Shown here piece after piece: positions 17,513 through 28,036 of a stretch of DNA of 64,000 bases. A program made the translations under genes and the position numbers. The notes under the pieces are model-generated. The model worked only from the letters and a program-made list of their open reading frames with translations. It was not told where the DNA came from and ran no database searches. Position 1 is the stretch's first letter. Each line of letters begins with the position of its first letter. Source of the stretch: Planctomycetota bacterium (GTDB lineage: Bacteria; Planctomycetota; JAJSAM01; JAJVHW01); contig CBDFJG010000004.1 of the NCBI GenBank assembly GCA_965248445.1, positions 1,600,001 to 1,664,000 on the forward strand. The letters are read 5' to 3'.

Positions 17513-19948
17513 ATGACGACGTCGAACCAGTTCGGACGCAGCCTCGCGCGCTGGGCGCGCGAGGCTGACACCGAGACGATCGCCGCGACCGACGTCGATG
17601 CCAACGTCCCCGATCCGGCCAAGTCCGTCGGCGGCGCGCGGTACACGATCGAGGCGAGCATCGGCCGTGGCGGCATGGGAGAGGTTCTGCTCGTGGAGGA
17701 CCGCGACCTGCGCCGCGAGGTCGCCATGAAGGTCATCCGCGAGGAGCGCGCTTCGTCGAGCTCCGAGCGGCTTCGATTCCTCGCCGAGGCGCAGGCGACC
17801 AGCCAGCTCGAGCACCCCGGTATCCCGCCGATCCATGACATCGGCGTCACTCCCGCCGGCCAGATGTACTTCACGATGAAGCTCGTGCGCGGACGCACGC
17901 TGCGCGAGGTGTTGAAGGACCTCTTGCTCGGCACGACCGCTGCGCGCCGCGAGTTCAACCTGCACCGGTTGGCGTCGATCCTCGACCGGGTCGCGGAGGC
18001 GCTGCACTTCGCGCACGTCAAGGGTGTGGTGCATCGGGACCTCAAGCCCGAGAACGTGATGCTCGGCGAGTACGGCGAGGTGCACGTCGTCGACTGGGGC
18101 ATCGCGAAGGTGCGCGGCGAGACGGAGGACGAGGGTGCAACGGCCGTCGAAACGGCCGAGACCGACTCCGGACTCATGACCATGGACGGCGCGATCAAAG
18201 GCACGATCCGTTACATGAGCCCCGAGCAGGCGGCGGGCCGCACGCACGAGATCGACGGGCGCACCGACATCTACGCGATGGGGTGCATTCTGTACGAGAT
18301 GCTGTCGCTGCGTCCGCCGTTCGATGGACGCGGCCCGGAGTTGCTCGAGCGCGTCCGTCAGGGCGAGTTCGTCGACGTCAAGGAGCGCAACTCGAGGCGG
18401 CCTGTGCCCAACTCGCTGGCGGACCTCTGCACGCGCGCCATGTCCAAGGACAAGCATGCGCGTCCTGCAACCGCGCGCGCGTTCGCCGAAGAGCTGCACG
18501 AGTGGCTTGACGGGCGTGCCGAACGTGAACGTCGCCGCGAGGAGGCGGAGCAACTCGCAGGCGCCGGCAGGAAGGCCGCTGCCAAGTACCGCTCGCTCAA
18601 GGCGGAGGTCATCGAGGCCGAGGCCGCCGCCAAGAAGGAGGCCGCCCGCTACAAGCCGTGGCAGCCCGTGACCGAGAAGAAGAGCGCGATCGCGGCGGCG
18701 AAGCACGTCGAGGATCTCAAGACGGAGGTGGCGCTCGCCTTCGCGGACACGACGAACACGCTGACCGCTGCGCTCGTCGCCGAGAAGGGTAACGAGACCG
18801 CACGCGCAGCGCTGGCGGATCTCTACAGGGAACTGCTCGAGGAAGCCGAGGCCGCCGGTAACGGTCCTGCCGTCGCGCACGCGGAGCAACTCGTCCGACG
18901 CTACGACGACGGTCGCCTGGCGCACTTCCTGTCCGGCGACGGCACGCTGCAACTCGAGAGCGACCCGCCCGGTGCGGAGGCGCTGCTCTACCGCTTCGCG
19001 GACCGGGACGGGATTCTCACGCCGACCGACGAACGACGTCTCGGCACGACGCCCTTCGGTGCGGTGTCCCTGCCGATGGGCTCCTACCTCTGCGTGCTCA
19101 AGTCGAAGGGCTGCCGCACGCTGCGCTACCCCGTGCACATCACCCGCAACCGCGAGTGGCGCGACAAGGTGCAGATGCGCACGGAGCAGGAGATCGGCGA
19201 GGGTTTCGTGCATGTGCCGGCCGGTCCGTTCCTGTACGGCGAGGGACAGGCGCGCGTCGAGCGCGTGCTGAAGGACTTCGCGATCGGTAAGCACCCCGTG
19301 ACGTACCGCGAATACGGCGAGTTCCTGGCGGCAGTCGAAGCGGAGGAAGGGTTGGAGGCCGCGGAGAAGCGGATTCCCTCCACGGGTGGTCACGGTGCAC
19401 TGATGGAGCGGACCGCCGAGGGTCGCTACGACCCGCTGGCCAACACGATCGTCGAGCGCGAGGCGTTCGCGGAGTGCGTCAAGGCATACGGAGACGACTT
19501 CGCGTGGGACGTGGCCGTGTCGGGTGTCTCCTGGCACGACGCGGCGGCGTATTGCGAGTGGCGATCGAAGACGACGGAGCAGGAGTGGCGTTTGCCCACC
19601 GAGCAGGAACGCGAGAAGGCGGCGGGCGGTGTCGACGGTCGCCGCTTCCCGTGGGGCGATCTCGCGGACGCGACGCTCGGCAAGTGCCGCGACTCCCGCA
19701 GCTGGAACACGCAGCCCGAACCTGTGGGCTCGTACCCGCAGTCGGCCTCGCTCTACGGCATGGGGGACGCGGCCGGCGGCATGTGGGATTGGACGTCCTC
19801 GACATTCGCCGCCGACGAGTCGCTGCGCGTGCTGCGCGGCGCCTCGTTCTACAACGACGCCGAGGAACTCGCCTGCGCGAACGCCAACCGCAGCGAGCCC
19901 CACGTCCGCAACCCGAACTTCGGCTTCCGCTGCGCGCGCAGCCTCTGA
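17513..19948 (+). CDS. Ser/Thr protein kinase fused to FGE-sulfatase (SUMF1/EgtB-like) domain
   Basis: GRGGMG, VAMK, HRDLKPEN, DWG, YMSPEQ; RLPTEQEREKAA, RRFPWG, GFRCAR. Confidence 0.93.
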   Translation: MTTSNQFGRSLARWAREADTETIAATDVDANVPDPAKSVGGARYTIEASIGRGGMGEVLLVEDRDLRREVAMKVIREERASSSSERLRFLAEAQATSQLEHPGIPPIHDIGVTPAGQMYFTMKLVRGRTLREVLKDLLLGTTAARREFNLHRLASILDRVAEALHFAHVKGVVHRDLKPENVMLGEYGEVHVVDWGIAKVRGETEDEGATAVETAETDSGLMTMDGAIKGTIRYMSPEQAAGRTHEIDGRTDIYAMGCILYEMLSLRPPFDGRGPELLERVRQGEFVDVKERNSRRPVPNSLADLCTRAMSKDKHARPATARAFAEELHEWLDGRAERERRREEAEQLAGAGRKAAAKYRSLKAEVIEAEAAAKKEAARYKPWQPVTEKKSAIAAAKHVEDLKTEVALAFADTTNTLTAALVAEKGNETARAALADLYRELLEEAEAAGNGPAVAHAEQLVRRYDDGRLAHFLSGDGTLQLESDPPGAEALLYRFADRDGILTPTDERRLGTTPFGAVSLPMGSYLCVLKSKGCRTLRYPVHITRNREWRDKVQMRTEQEIGEGFVHVPAGPFLYGEGQARVERVLKDFAIGKHPVTYREYGEFLAAVEAEEGLEAAEKRIPSTGGHGALMERTAEGRYDPLANTIVEREAFAECVKAYGDDFAWDVAVSGVSWHDAAAYCEWRSKTTEQEWRLPTEQEREKAAGGVDGRRFPWGDLADATLGKCRDSRSWNTQPEPVGSYPQSASLYGMGDAAGGMWDWTSSTFAADESLRVLRGASFYNDAEELACANANRSEPHVRNPNFGFRCARSL

Positions 19949-19996
19949 GGCCGAAACAGCGGTAGGTACGCGCGAGGCACTCCACGGAACGAGGAG

Positions 19997-22198
19997 TCAG
20001 TCGGCGCCGAGCCGCTCGAGCGCCCTTCTCTCGGATTTCACGACCCTTGCAACCTGCGTGATGACGCTCTGGACCGGCTTGCCCTTCGCGAGTTTCCTCA
20101 GCGCCTTGCCGAGCCGCTTCGCGGCCCGCTTCAACTGTTTCCGCGCGGGCTTCGGCCCGAGCTTCCGTTTCTTCGCCGCCGCATCCGGGTCGGCAATCAG
20201 ATCGTCGGCCAGGGCGAGGGCCGACACGAGCAGTTGTTTCGCTTCGCGGAGCCGCGCGTGAGCATCTCCGTCCGGGTCCTCACCGAGGACCTCGAGCATG
20301 CCGCTGGCGGCCAACTGGTGCTCGATGGCAACCACTACGAATTCCCTGAGTTGCTCGGCCCTCGTGGCATCGCCAGACAGCGGGGCGTTGAAGACGATCA
20401 CCGGGTCGTCGATACCGAATTCGGCCCCGGGTCCCACGCCCTCCACCCGGACCACCGGCACCAGCGCTCCGGTGAGGTTCGGCAGAGGGATTGCTGCGAT
20501 CTCCCCGAACTCGCCCGTGCCCGCCTCGCGTGCGAGGAACCGCAGAGTGGTTCCGTCGTGCTCGACGGCGACATCCGCCCGGTCGGCTCCGGTCAGAACG
20601 AACGGATCGCCGAGCGGCCCATCCCCCGTCGCTGCCTGGAAGCAGAGATCATCACCCGTGATGACCAGTTCCAGACAGTGGACGTCCTCGGATCCTGCCT
20701 GCTCCAGTTCGAGTCGCATCTTCCCGCTCTCGAGTCCGGCGCGCCGCTGCTCGTCGAACACACCCACCGTTACCTCGGCGCGGAACGGACTGCGCAACTC
20801 GCGACCGATCCGCCAGCCCGCCTTGCCTTCGGTCGTGGCGCGCTTGTTCGCGCGCAGCGCGAGGTACCGGTTGGTCTCCTCCGTCTCCTTCGCGGACGGA
20901 CTGGGGAGATCCGGAGAGAGCGCGGCGATGTTCACCAGCCACGCGCGGGGGACCTCGACACTCGGCTGGCCGATCACGAGCCTACGGCCGCTCATGTCCA
21001 CACTGAATCCGAACCGGTCGGCCTCGCCCGTGTCGGGCGAGACCAGCGTGTTGCGGAGCGATACGAGGCCGCCTGAACCGATGCGATACAGGCTCACCGT
21101 TCCCGGTGGCCGACCGGCCGCGAGCAGACTCGCCGGCGCCCCGACGGCAATGTCGTTCCCGTAGACGGCGACGGCGCTTCCGAAGAACTGATTGACCGCC
21201 TCCGTAGCCGGCGCAAGCACCGAGATCGGGTCCGCAGGGGTGGCGCCACTGTTCGGCTCGTACACGTACGCCGTTCCGCGCGTCTCCAGACTCACCTGCG
21301 CTCCCGGTGCGCCGACCACGACTCGCCCCAGGTGAGCATCCACCGACGTTCCGAACGCCTGGCGCACGCGCGGATCGTCGGGCCGGAGCTGCAGCTTCTC
21401 CTCCCACAGGCTGGCGGCTCGCTCGAACACGTACGCCGTGCCGCTTTGCGGTCCCGATGTCGACTTCCCGGGAGCCCCTACGACGAGCAACTCCCCGTCG
21501 AGTGCAACCGAGAAGCCGAACAGGTCATTGTTCGCGTTGTCGTCCGGCACGATGCGCTGCCGGAACGTCCACGCTGAGCCGGTCCAGTGGAACACGTGGA
21601 CCGACCCGGAGTTGGTCCGGCCGCTGGCGGCCACGACGAGCGTGTCCCCCTCGATGTCGAGAGCACGGCCGAACCGGTCGATCGCGGCGGCTGGCGACGC
21701 CTCGAGCATCTGCGGGTCGGTCCAGTTGCCATCGACGTGACGGGTCATATAGACCACGCCCGCGAACGACCCGGCGCTCGTTGCCGTGTTGGCAGCGCCG
21801 ATGGCGAAGTGATTCCCATCAACTGCCACGGCGTCCCCGATCGCGGCTCCAGGAAGCGGTGCGTCGAACGTCTCGGAGTAGACCCAACTCCCACTCTCAT
21901 CGAAGACCTGATAGACACCAGTCCAAGTGCCGAAGTTGACGGACGGCGCTCCGACGACAGCCCAGAGCGGCGCCACGGCAACCGAGTCGCCCCAGGCCGA
22001 GCCTGCCGAGAAGCCGCCACTGAGCGTGAGTTCGGTGAATGCGGCGACCGCGGCCACCGTTGGGCGGGACGAGGTGAATTTCATCTCGACGTAGCCTTCT
22101 CCCAGTAGCGGGAGGCAGCCGGATGCCGCCACCGCCGACAGGACCACGACGACGCCCAGACGTCGAGCACTCGCGAACACGTGTGCCGTGTCTCTCAT
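19997..22198 (-). CDS. FG-GAP repeat lipoprotein with basic helical C-terminal domain
   Basis: Lipobox-like ASGC; repeated FGxSVA...VVGAP blades. Confidence 0.85.
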   Translation of the reverse strand: MRDTAHVFASARRLGVVVVLSAVAASGCLPLLGEGYVEMKFTSSRPTVAAVAAFTELTLSGGFSAGSAWGDSVAVAPLWAVVGAPSVNFGTWTGVYQVFDESGSWVYSETFDAPLPGAAIGDAVAVDGNHFAIGAANTATSAGSFAGVVYMTRHVDGNWTDPQMLEASPAAAIDRFGRALDIEGDTLVVAASGRTNSGSVHVFHWTGSAWTFRQRIVPDDNANNDLFGFSVALDGELLVVGAPGKSTSGPQSGTAYVFERAASLWEEKLQLRPDDPRVRQAFGTSVDAHLGRVVVGAPGAQVSLETRGTAYVYEPNSGATPADPISVLAPATEAVNQFFGSAVAVYGNDIAVGAPASLLAAGRPPGTVSLYRIGSGGLVSLRNTLVSPDTGEADRFGFSVDMSGRRLVIGQPSVEVPRAWLVNIAALSPDLPSPSAKETEETNRYLALRANKRATTEGKAGWRIGRELRSPFRAEVTVGVFDEQRRAGLESGKMRLELEQAGSEDVHCLELVITGDDLCFQAATGDGPLGDPFVLTGADRADVAVEHDGTTLRFLAREAGTGEFGEIAAIPLPNLTGALVPVVRVEGVGPGAEFGIDDPVIVFNAPLSGDATRAEQLREFVVVAIEHQLAASGMLEVLGEDPDGDAHARLREAKQLLVSALALADDLIADPDAAAKKRKLGPKPARKQLKRAAKRLGKALRKLAKGKPVQSVITQVARVVKSERRALERLGAD

Positions 22199-22314
22199 CG
22201 CTTGTCTCCCTCCGCGCACGATCTGCCTTCGGACCGGCGCGTCGCCCGGGCGGCAGCTACAATCCCCGCGCTGGGGCGGCCACGTCGGTCCACCCACGCA
22301 TTCGGAAACGGCTC

Positions 22315-22911
22315 GTGAAACCTGACACGCGTAATGCGGGGCCCCGGGAGCCGGCCACTCCGGGGCGGGTGACGGAGATCCTCCTGGAGCTCCGTGGCGG
22401 CGCCGACGGTGCGCAGGACGACCTGTTCCGTCTCGTCTACTCCGAGCTGAAGCGGGTGGCCGCCGCGCAACTCCGCAAGCAGCGGCGCGCGCCGACGCTC
22501 GACCCGACGGCGCTGGTCCACGAGGTGTACCTGCGCCTCCTGGGCGGGCCGGCCGAGAGCTTCGAGGACCGGCGGCACTTCTTCGGCGCGGCCGCGCACG
22601 CGATGCGTCTCGTGCTCGTGGATCTGATCCGTCGTCGCAACGCCAAGAAGCGGGGCGGCAGCCGCATCCGCGTCACGTTCGACGAGTCGCGCCACGCCGA
22701 CAGCGACCGATTTCACGAGGTGCTCGCCGTGCACGAGGCGCTCGACCGCCTGCGGGCGATCGACGAGCAGAAGAGTCGCGTCGTCGAACTGCGCTTCTTC
22801 GCCGGCCTCACGATCGAGGAGATTGCCGGCGTCCTCGACGTGACCGAGCGGACCGTATACCGGCTGTGGGATCGCGCCCGCGCCTGGCTCTACCACGAGC
22901 TATCGAAGTGA
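22315..22911 (+). CDS. ECF sigma factor of the kinase-associated planctomycete type
   Basis: LVYSELKRVA, TLDPTALVHEVYLRL, VVELRFFAGLT, WDRARAWL. Confidence 0.93.
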   Translation: MKPDTRNAGPREPATPGRVTEILLELRGGADGAQDDLFRLVYSELKRVAAAQLRKQRRAPTLDPTALVHEVYLRLLGGPAESFEDRRHFFGAAAHAMRLVLVDLIRRRNAKKRGGSRIRVTFDESRHADSDRFHEVLAVHEALDRLRAIDEQKSRVVELRFFAGLTIEEIAGVLDVTERTVYRLWDRARAWLYHELSK

Positions 22912-25900
22912 CGCTCTCCCGCGCCCGGCGGATCGACGAACTGTTCGACCGTGCGCTGGACCGCGAGGAGCGCGAGCGCGCGGCGTTCCTCGACGGTGAG
23001 TGCGGCGACGACGCGGAACTGCGCGCTGAGGTTGACGCGCTCCTGACTTCGCACGCGGAGATGGGGGACTTCCTCGGCCGGCCGGCGACGGAGAGCGTCG
23101 GCGAGATCGTGGCAGACGCGGTCGAGCCGCTGACTCCCGGCACGGTGGTCGGCGCGTACGAGATCCAGCGACTGTTGGGCACCGGGTCCGCAGGCGCGGT
23201 GTATGAGGCCGTGCAAGCGCGCCCGCGCCGGCGCGTCGCGCTGAAGGTCATGGCGTCAGGGCTGGGTTCGGAGCACGCGCTGCGCCGTTTCCAGGAGGAG
23301 GCAGAGATCCTGGCACGCCTGGAGCACCCCGGTATCGCGCACGTGTACGAGGGCGGCGTGCATCGCGTGGACGACGTGGACCTGCCGTTCTTCGCACTCG
23401 AATTCGTGGCCGGCGGGCGCACGATCGTCGAGTACGCGGACGCCGAAGGGCTGCGCACCCGGGCGCGACTCCAACTCGCGGCGCGCGTGTGCGAGGCCGT
23501 GCACCACGGTCACCAGAAGGGCGTGATCCACCGGGATCTCAAGCCGGGGAACATCCTCGTCGGCGACAACGGGCAGGCGAAGGTGATCGACTTCGGGATT
23601 GCCCGCGTCGAGGGCCTGGACGCCGATCGGCGAGAGATCGCCGGAACACTCCAGTACATGAGCCCGGAACAGTGCCGTCCCGGCGGCGAGGACGTCGACG
23701 TGCGGAGCGACGTCTACTCGCTCGGCGTCGTGCTCTACGAACTGCTTGCCGGGCGTGGGCCGTACAGAGTCGACGATCTTGCGTTGCCCGAGGCGTTGCG
23801 AGTCGTCCAGTTGCAGGCGCCCGCTCGCATCGAGCAGCACTCACGGGCGCTGCGCGGAGACGTCGCGGCGATCGTGCACAAGGCGCTCGCGAAGGACCCT
23901 CCCGCGCGCTATGCGTCGGCGGCGGCGCTCGCCGCCGACATCCGGCGTCATCTCGAGTTCGAACCAGTCGAGGCCGTGGCCGGCGGTGCGCTCTATCACC
24001 TGGCGAAGTTCGCGCGGCGACGGCGGCTGGCCGCGCTCTCACTCGTCGCCGTCGTGCTCGTGTCCGTGACGGCGGCGGTCGTCGGGACCAACCTCGCGTA
24101 CGAGAAGGAGCGCGAGCGCGAGCGCTCGGAGTTCCAGGCGTACGTCGCGAACCTCGCGGCGGCGTCGTCGGCGCTTCGCGTCCACGACGTCGCGGACGCG
24201 CGGCAACGGCTCGAGAGCGTGCCGGAGCCGCTGCGCGGATGGGAGTGGCGCGTGCTGCATTCCCGCCTCGACCTGAGCAACGAGACGCTGCGATGGGAGG
24301 ACGCGAGGCTTCGCACGGGCGCGGTGAGCCCGAGCGGGGCGCTCATCGCCGCGAGTGGCGAGCTGCTCCCGGATCGCCAGACGCGTCAGGTGCAGGTGTG
24401 GGACTCCGGTACCGGCCGGGTGTTGCATTCGTTCGCGGCGCTACCGCGCGCCGACTCGCTCACGTTCAGCGCAGACGAGACGCTGCTCGCGATCGGGTAC
24501 TACCAGGGCTCCGTCGAGATACGCGACGCCACGACCGGAGCGCTCGTGCGCGAACTCGCCGGTCACGTGGACGAGGAGCGGCCCATCGCCGAGACGCACG
24601 TCAACGCGCTCGTGTTCGACAGCGACGGTCGACACCTCGTCTCGGCGGCCGGCGACGGGCGCATCAGGTTGTGGGACGTCCAGACAGGCGAGCTCGTGCG
24701 GGAGCTGGCCGGGCACGACGACCGCGTCATCTCCCTCGCGCCGCTTCCTGGCGGCGAGCGCATCGCGTCCGGCGGTCGCGATGGGCTGGTCAAGGTCTGG
24801 GAACTCGCGTCCGGTCGGGAACTGCAGCGCATTCACGCGCACGATGCGAGTGTCGAGGGCGTGGCAGTCAGTCCGGACGGCACACGCCTCGCGACCGTGT
24901 CGCGTGACGAGACGGTCCGGCTGTTCGACTTGAGTACGGGCGAGCTTGTCGCGTCTCGCCACGCACACTCGAACAATGTGCGGGCCGTGGCGTTCAGCCC
25001 CGACGGGCAGCGGTTCGCGTCTGCGTCGTGGGACCGGACGGTGCGACTCTGGAGCGCGGCCGACGGCAGCGAGTTGGCGGTTCTCCGTGGACACCGCGAC
25101 GCCGTCGTCGCGCTCGCGTTCCTGCCGGACGGAGGACAGCTGGTCTCGTTCTCCGTGAGCGGGGCCGTGAAGACGTGGTCCACGGATCTCGGCCGGCACG
25201 TTCCGGCGCTGCGCGGGCACGCAGACCACGTCGTCGCTGTCGCGTTTACTCCCGAGGGCCGTCGAGTTGCGTCGCTCTCCGCGTTCACCGACCGGACGGT
25301 GCGCGTGTGGGACGTCTCGACCAGACGGACCGTCGCGCTCTTCGAGGACGTGAAGGCGCCGAAAGCGCAGTTGCGGGTCTCGCCGGACGGCGAGTGGCTG
25401 CTTCGCTGTGCGCCGCAAACCGTTTTGCGCTCGTGGTCACTCCGCTCCGGCGGGCCGGCTCGGGACGTGCCGACGATTCAGCACGTCGGTGCCTACGCAG
25501 GAGTAGGTTCTCGCATCTATGTGTTGGCCGCGGCGGGCGAGGTGCAGGCGTTCGATACGGGCTCGTGGGAAGCCGTCGCTCGGTTCAGCACGGATCATGA
25601 GGCCTGCGTTCGGCTGGAGGCGAGCCCGGACGGCGACGTGATCGCCGTCGGCTCGGCTGCCGGCGAGGTCTCGCTCTGGTCAGCGACTTCACACGAGCGC
25701 GTGGCGGCATGGCGGGGAGACGGCACCCATGTGCTCGACATCGCGTTCGACCCGTCGGGCTCGCGCGTGGGCGTCGCCGTGCGGGGAACGGACGACGTGC
25801 AGGTTCTCACCTCGTCGCGACTCACCCCTGTTGCGACGCTGCGGGGCCACGTGGGAAACGTCCGCGCGGTCGCGTTCTCCCCGGACGGCCGGCGCATCGC

Positions 25901-26099
25901 GACCGCCGGCGACGATTCCGCCGTGCGCATCTGGGACGCGACCACGTTCGAACTCGTGGTCGTGCTACACGGTCATCGCAACGCGGTGCGCGACTTGGCT
26001 TGGAGCCCCGACAGCACGACGCTGGTGACCGCCGGCGGCACACTCGAGGAGCCCGGCGAGATCCTCCTGTGGGAGTCTCACGCGAACGGAGTGCGCTGA
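22908..26099 (+). CDS. Ser/Thr protein kinase with C-terminal WD40 repeats
   Basis: GTGA overlap with the sigma gene; HRDLKPGN, DFG, YMSPEQ; TM; many GH...WD repeats. Confidence 0.94.
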   Translation: MTLSRARRIDELFDRALDREERERAAFLDGECGDDAELRAEVDALLTSHAEMGDFLGRPATESVGEIVADAVEPLTPGTVVGAYEIQRLLGTGSAGAVYEAVQARPRRRVALKVMASGLGSEHALRRFQEEAEILARLEHPGIAHVYEGGVHRVDDVDLPFFALEFVAGGRTIVEYADAEGLRTRARLQLAARVCEAVHHGHQKGVIHRDLKPGNILVGDNGQAKVIDFGIARVEGLDADRREIAGTLQYMSPEQCRPGGEDVDVRSDVYSLGVVLYELLAGRGPYRVDDLALPEALRVVQLQAPARIEQHSRALRGDVAAIVHKALAKDPPARYASAAALAADIRRHLEFEPVEAVAGGALYHLAKFARRRRLAALSLVAVVLVSVTAAVVGTNLAYEKERERERSEFQAYVANLAAASSALRVHDVADARQRLESVPEPLRGWEWRVLHSRLDLSNETLRWEDARLRTGAVSPSGALIAASGELLPDRQTRQVQVWDSGTGRVLHSFAALPRADSLTFSADETLLAIGYYQGSVEIRDATTGALVRELAGHVDEERPIAETHVNALVFDSDGRHLVSAAGDGRIRLWDVQTGELVRELAGHDDRVISLAPLPGGERIASGGRDGLVKVWELASGRELQRIHAHDASVEGVAVSPDGTRLATVSRDETVRLFDLSTGELVASRHAHSNNVRAVAFSPDGQRFASASWDRTVRLWSAADGSELAVLRGHRDAVVALAFLPDGGQLVSFSVSGAVKTWSTDLGRHVPALRGHADHVVAVAFTPEGRRVASLSAFTDRTVRVWDVSTRRTVALFEDVKAPKAQLRVSPDGEWLLRCAPQTVLRSWSLRSGGPARDVPTIQHVGAYAGVGSRIYVLAAAGEVQAFDTGSWEAVARFSTDHEACVRLEASPDGDVIAVGSAAGEVSLWSATSHERVAAWRGDGTHVLDIAFDPSGSRVGVAVRGTDDVQVLTSSRLTPVATLRGHVGNVRAVAFSPDGRRIATAGDDSAVRIWDATTFELVVVLHGHRNAVRDLAWSPDSTTLVTAGGTLEEPGEILLWESHANGVR

Positions 26100-26106
26100 C
26101 GAGCGC

Positions 26107-27989
26107 CTAGCGTTCGCTGAGGCCGACGCCCATGCGTCCGGGAGCGATCTCGATCTCCATCCGCTCCGCGCCGCGGTAGAGGACGGCCTTGACCGTCGCC
26201 GCACCCGCGGGCTTCGCAGCTTGGATTGCCTGCCTCAAGTCTTCGATCGAGCCGAGCGTCTGCCCGTCGTAGCTGGCGAGATAGTCGCCCGCCTGGACGC
26301 CCGCCTTGACGGCGTTGCTGTCATTGGCGACGTTCGTCACCTGCAGCGCCGGCGCCGGCATCGTGCCCTCCGGGGTGCGGTACAGGATCAGGTAGGAGCG
26401 AACGACGTGGCCGGCCTGGTTGATTTGCTTCTCGCTGGGGCGTTGGTCCTCGGGCGCATCCGAGAAGTCGTACGGCTTCGGCTCGTACCCGAACGCGGCC
26501 GTCTTGCCCGCAAGGAGGTGCGGTGTGACGTTGATCCACCACGGATGGACAATGTCGCCCGGCGCCCAGCCCGCGCGTGCGTACTTCCACGTCCCGAACT
26601 GCGGGCGGTTGGGGTTCAGGTAGCAGTCCGTCTTCCAGAGCACGTTCTCGAAGCGGTGCTCAGCAGGCGACTCGACCCCGAAGTCCGGGACGAACACCAG
26701 CGAGCGCGCCGAGGGCGTGAACTCCCCGACCTGCGAGTGCCCGGTGGTGAACGTGCAGACGCGTGCGGCCTTCGCGTCGTCGCCGATCTGAACCATGTGC
26801 CGGTCGAAGAAGTCCCGGAAGTGGTTCTCGGCCGACTTGTACTTCGCCCGCCCGTGCCAGAGCGTCACCACGCGGTACGGCTCGAGCTCCGGCTTGCCGT
26901 GATGGAAGTCCAGCGACACGCTCATCATGTAGCCGCGGTTCTTGTAGAACGTCGTCCCCGCTGCGATCTCGAACTTCGTCTTGCCCGCGAGCCAGGGCCG
27001 GAAGTGTGTGACGTCCACCTCCCAGTGGCACTCGGTGCGATACGAGGTGATGAACGGCACGATGTCGCGCTTCTCACCGTCGGGATCGATCACGTAGAGG
27101 TGCCCGTTGCGGTCCCACTCGTCCCAGTCCTTGCCTGCGTCGTGGATGTCGAGCGTCAGGATCACGCGATCGAACTCCCAGTTCGCGGGGGGCAGTTCCA
27201 CCTCCGCCTCGAACGACGTCTTCGAGTTGTCGGTCAGGACGTGGTTGAACACTTCGAAGTGCTTCGCCGGCCGGCGACGGACGGCGGGCGTCGCCGCCTC
27301 GAACGCACGTCGCGCACGTCGAAGTAGGTCGCCAGGTCCGGCCGCGTCCCAGCGCCGATCGCGAGCCGCGACGTGTGGGGCAGGAGGTGAGGGACGAAGT
27401 AGCGGTCGTACACGGCCTCACCGGCGAGCTTCACTGTGACGTCGGCGCCCCCGATCACGTGCTCGACGACGATCTCGCAATCGGCCCAATCGCCGCGGAA
27501 CTCGGCCGGTGCCACGCGCTTGACGAGCTCCCGCCCGTCGAAGTGCAGCGACACCTCGCGTTGCGGCAGCCCCTCGTAGTTGCCCCACGGTCCGAAGGGT
27601 TCCTCGTTCTTCGGGTTGTGCACGTCGATGCCGACGGCGAACGTGCCGCGCAGGTTCGGCTCGACCCAGCTCTGAACGAAGGGCGCCGGACCGCGTTCGC
27701 CGTACTCGGCGGTGTTCAGGAAGGCGAACGCGCCTCCGTCCCCGCCCTCCAGCACGCGGAGCTTGCAGGTCTGTGAGACGCGTTCGTACGCGCCCTTGCG
27801 CTCGGCGTCCCACGCCACGGCATTCGACTGGCCGGTCGAGCCGTCCCCGTCGAGCACCCGGTAGACGCCCATCTCGCTTGACGGACCGGACCCTGCCCCG
27901 AATTGCGAGAGGTGGGGGTCGGCGGCGAACGCGGCGCTCGCGAGCGCCAGTACGAGCAATGCGAGCAGTGCGACGGTGAGTCGGGACAT
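26107..27989 (-). pseudogene. Secreted lectin-like + PNGase F-like + PDZ protein split by a 1-bp frameshift near 27305 (pseudogene or sequencing error)
   Basis: Signal peptide from ATG 27989; GGDGGAFAFL, FAVGIDVHN; then DEWDR, TTGHSQVGEF, GTWKYARAGWAPG, PDZ-like AVKAGVQAGD; frames join at GTG-CG-TTC. Confidence 0.8.
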
Positions 27990-28036
27990 GGGCACCTCCG
28001 GAGAGGCACCGTCATACCGAGTGCGAAGCGCGACCG

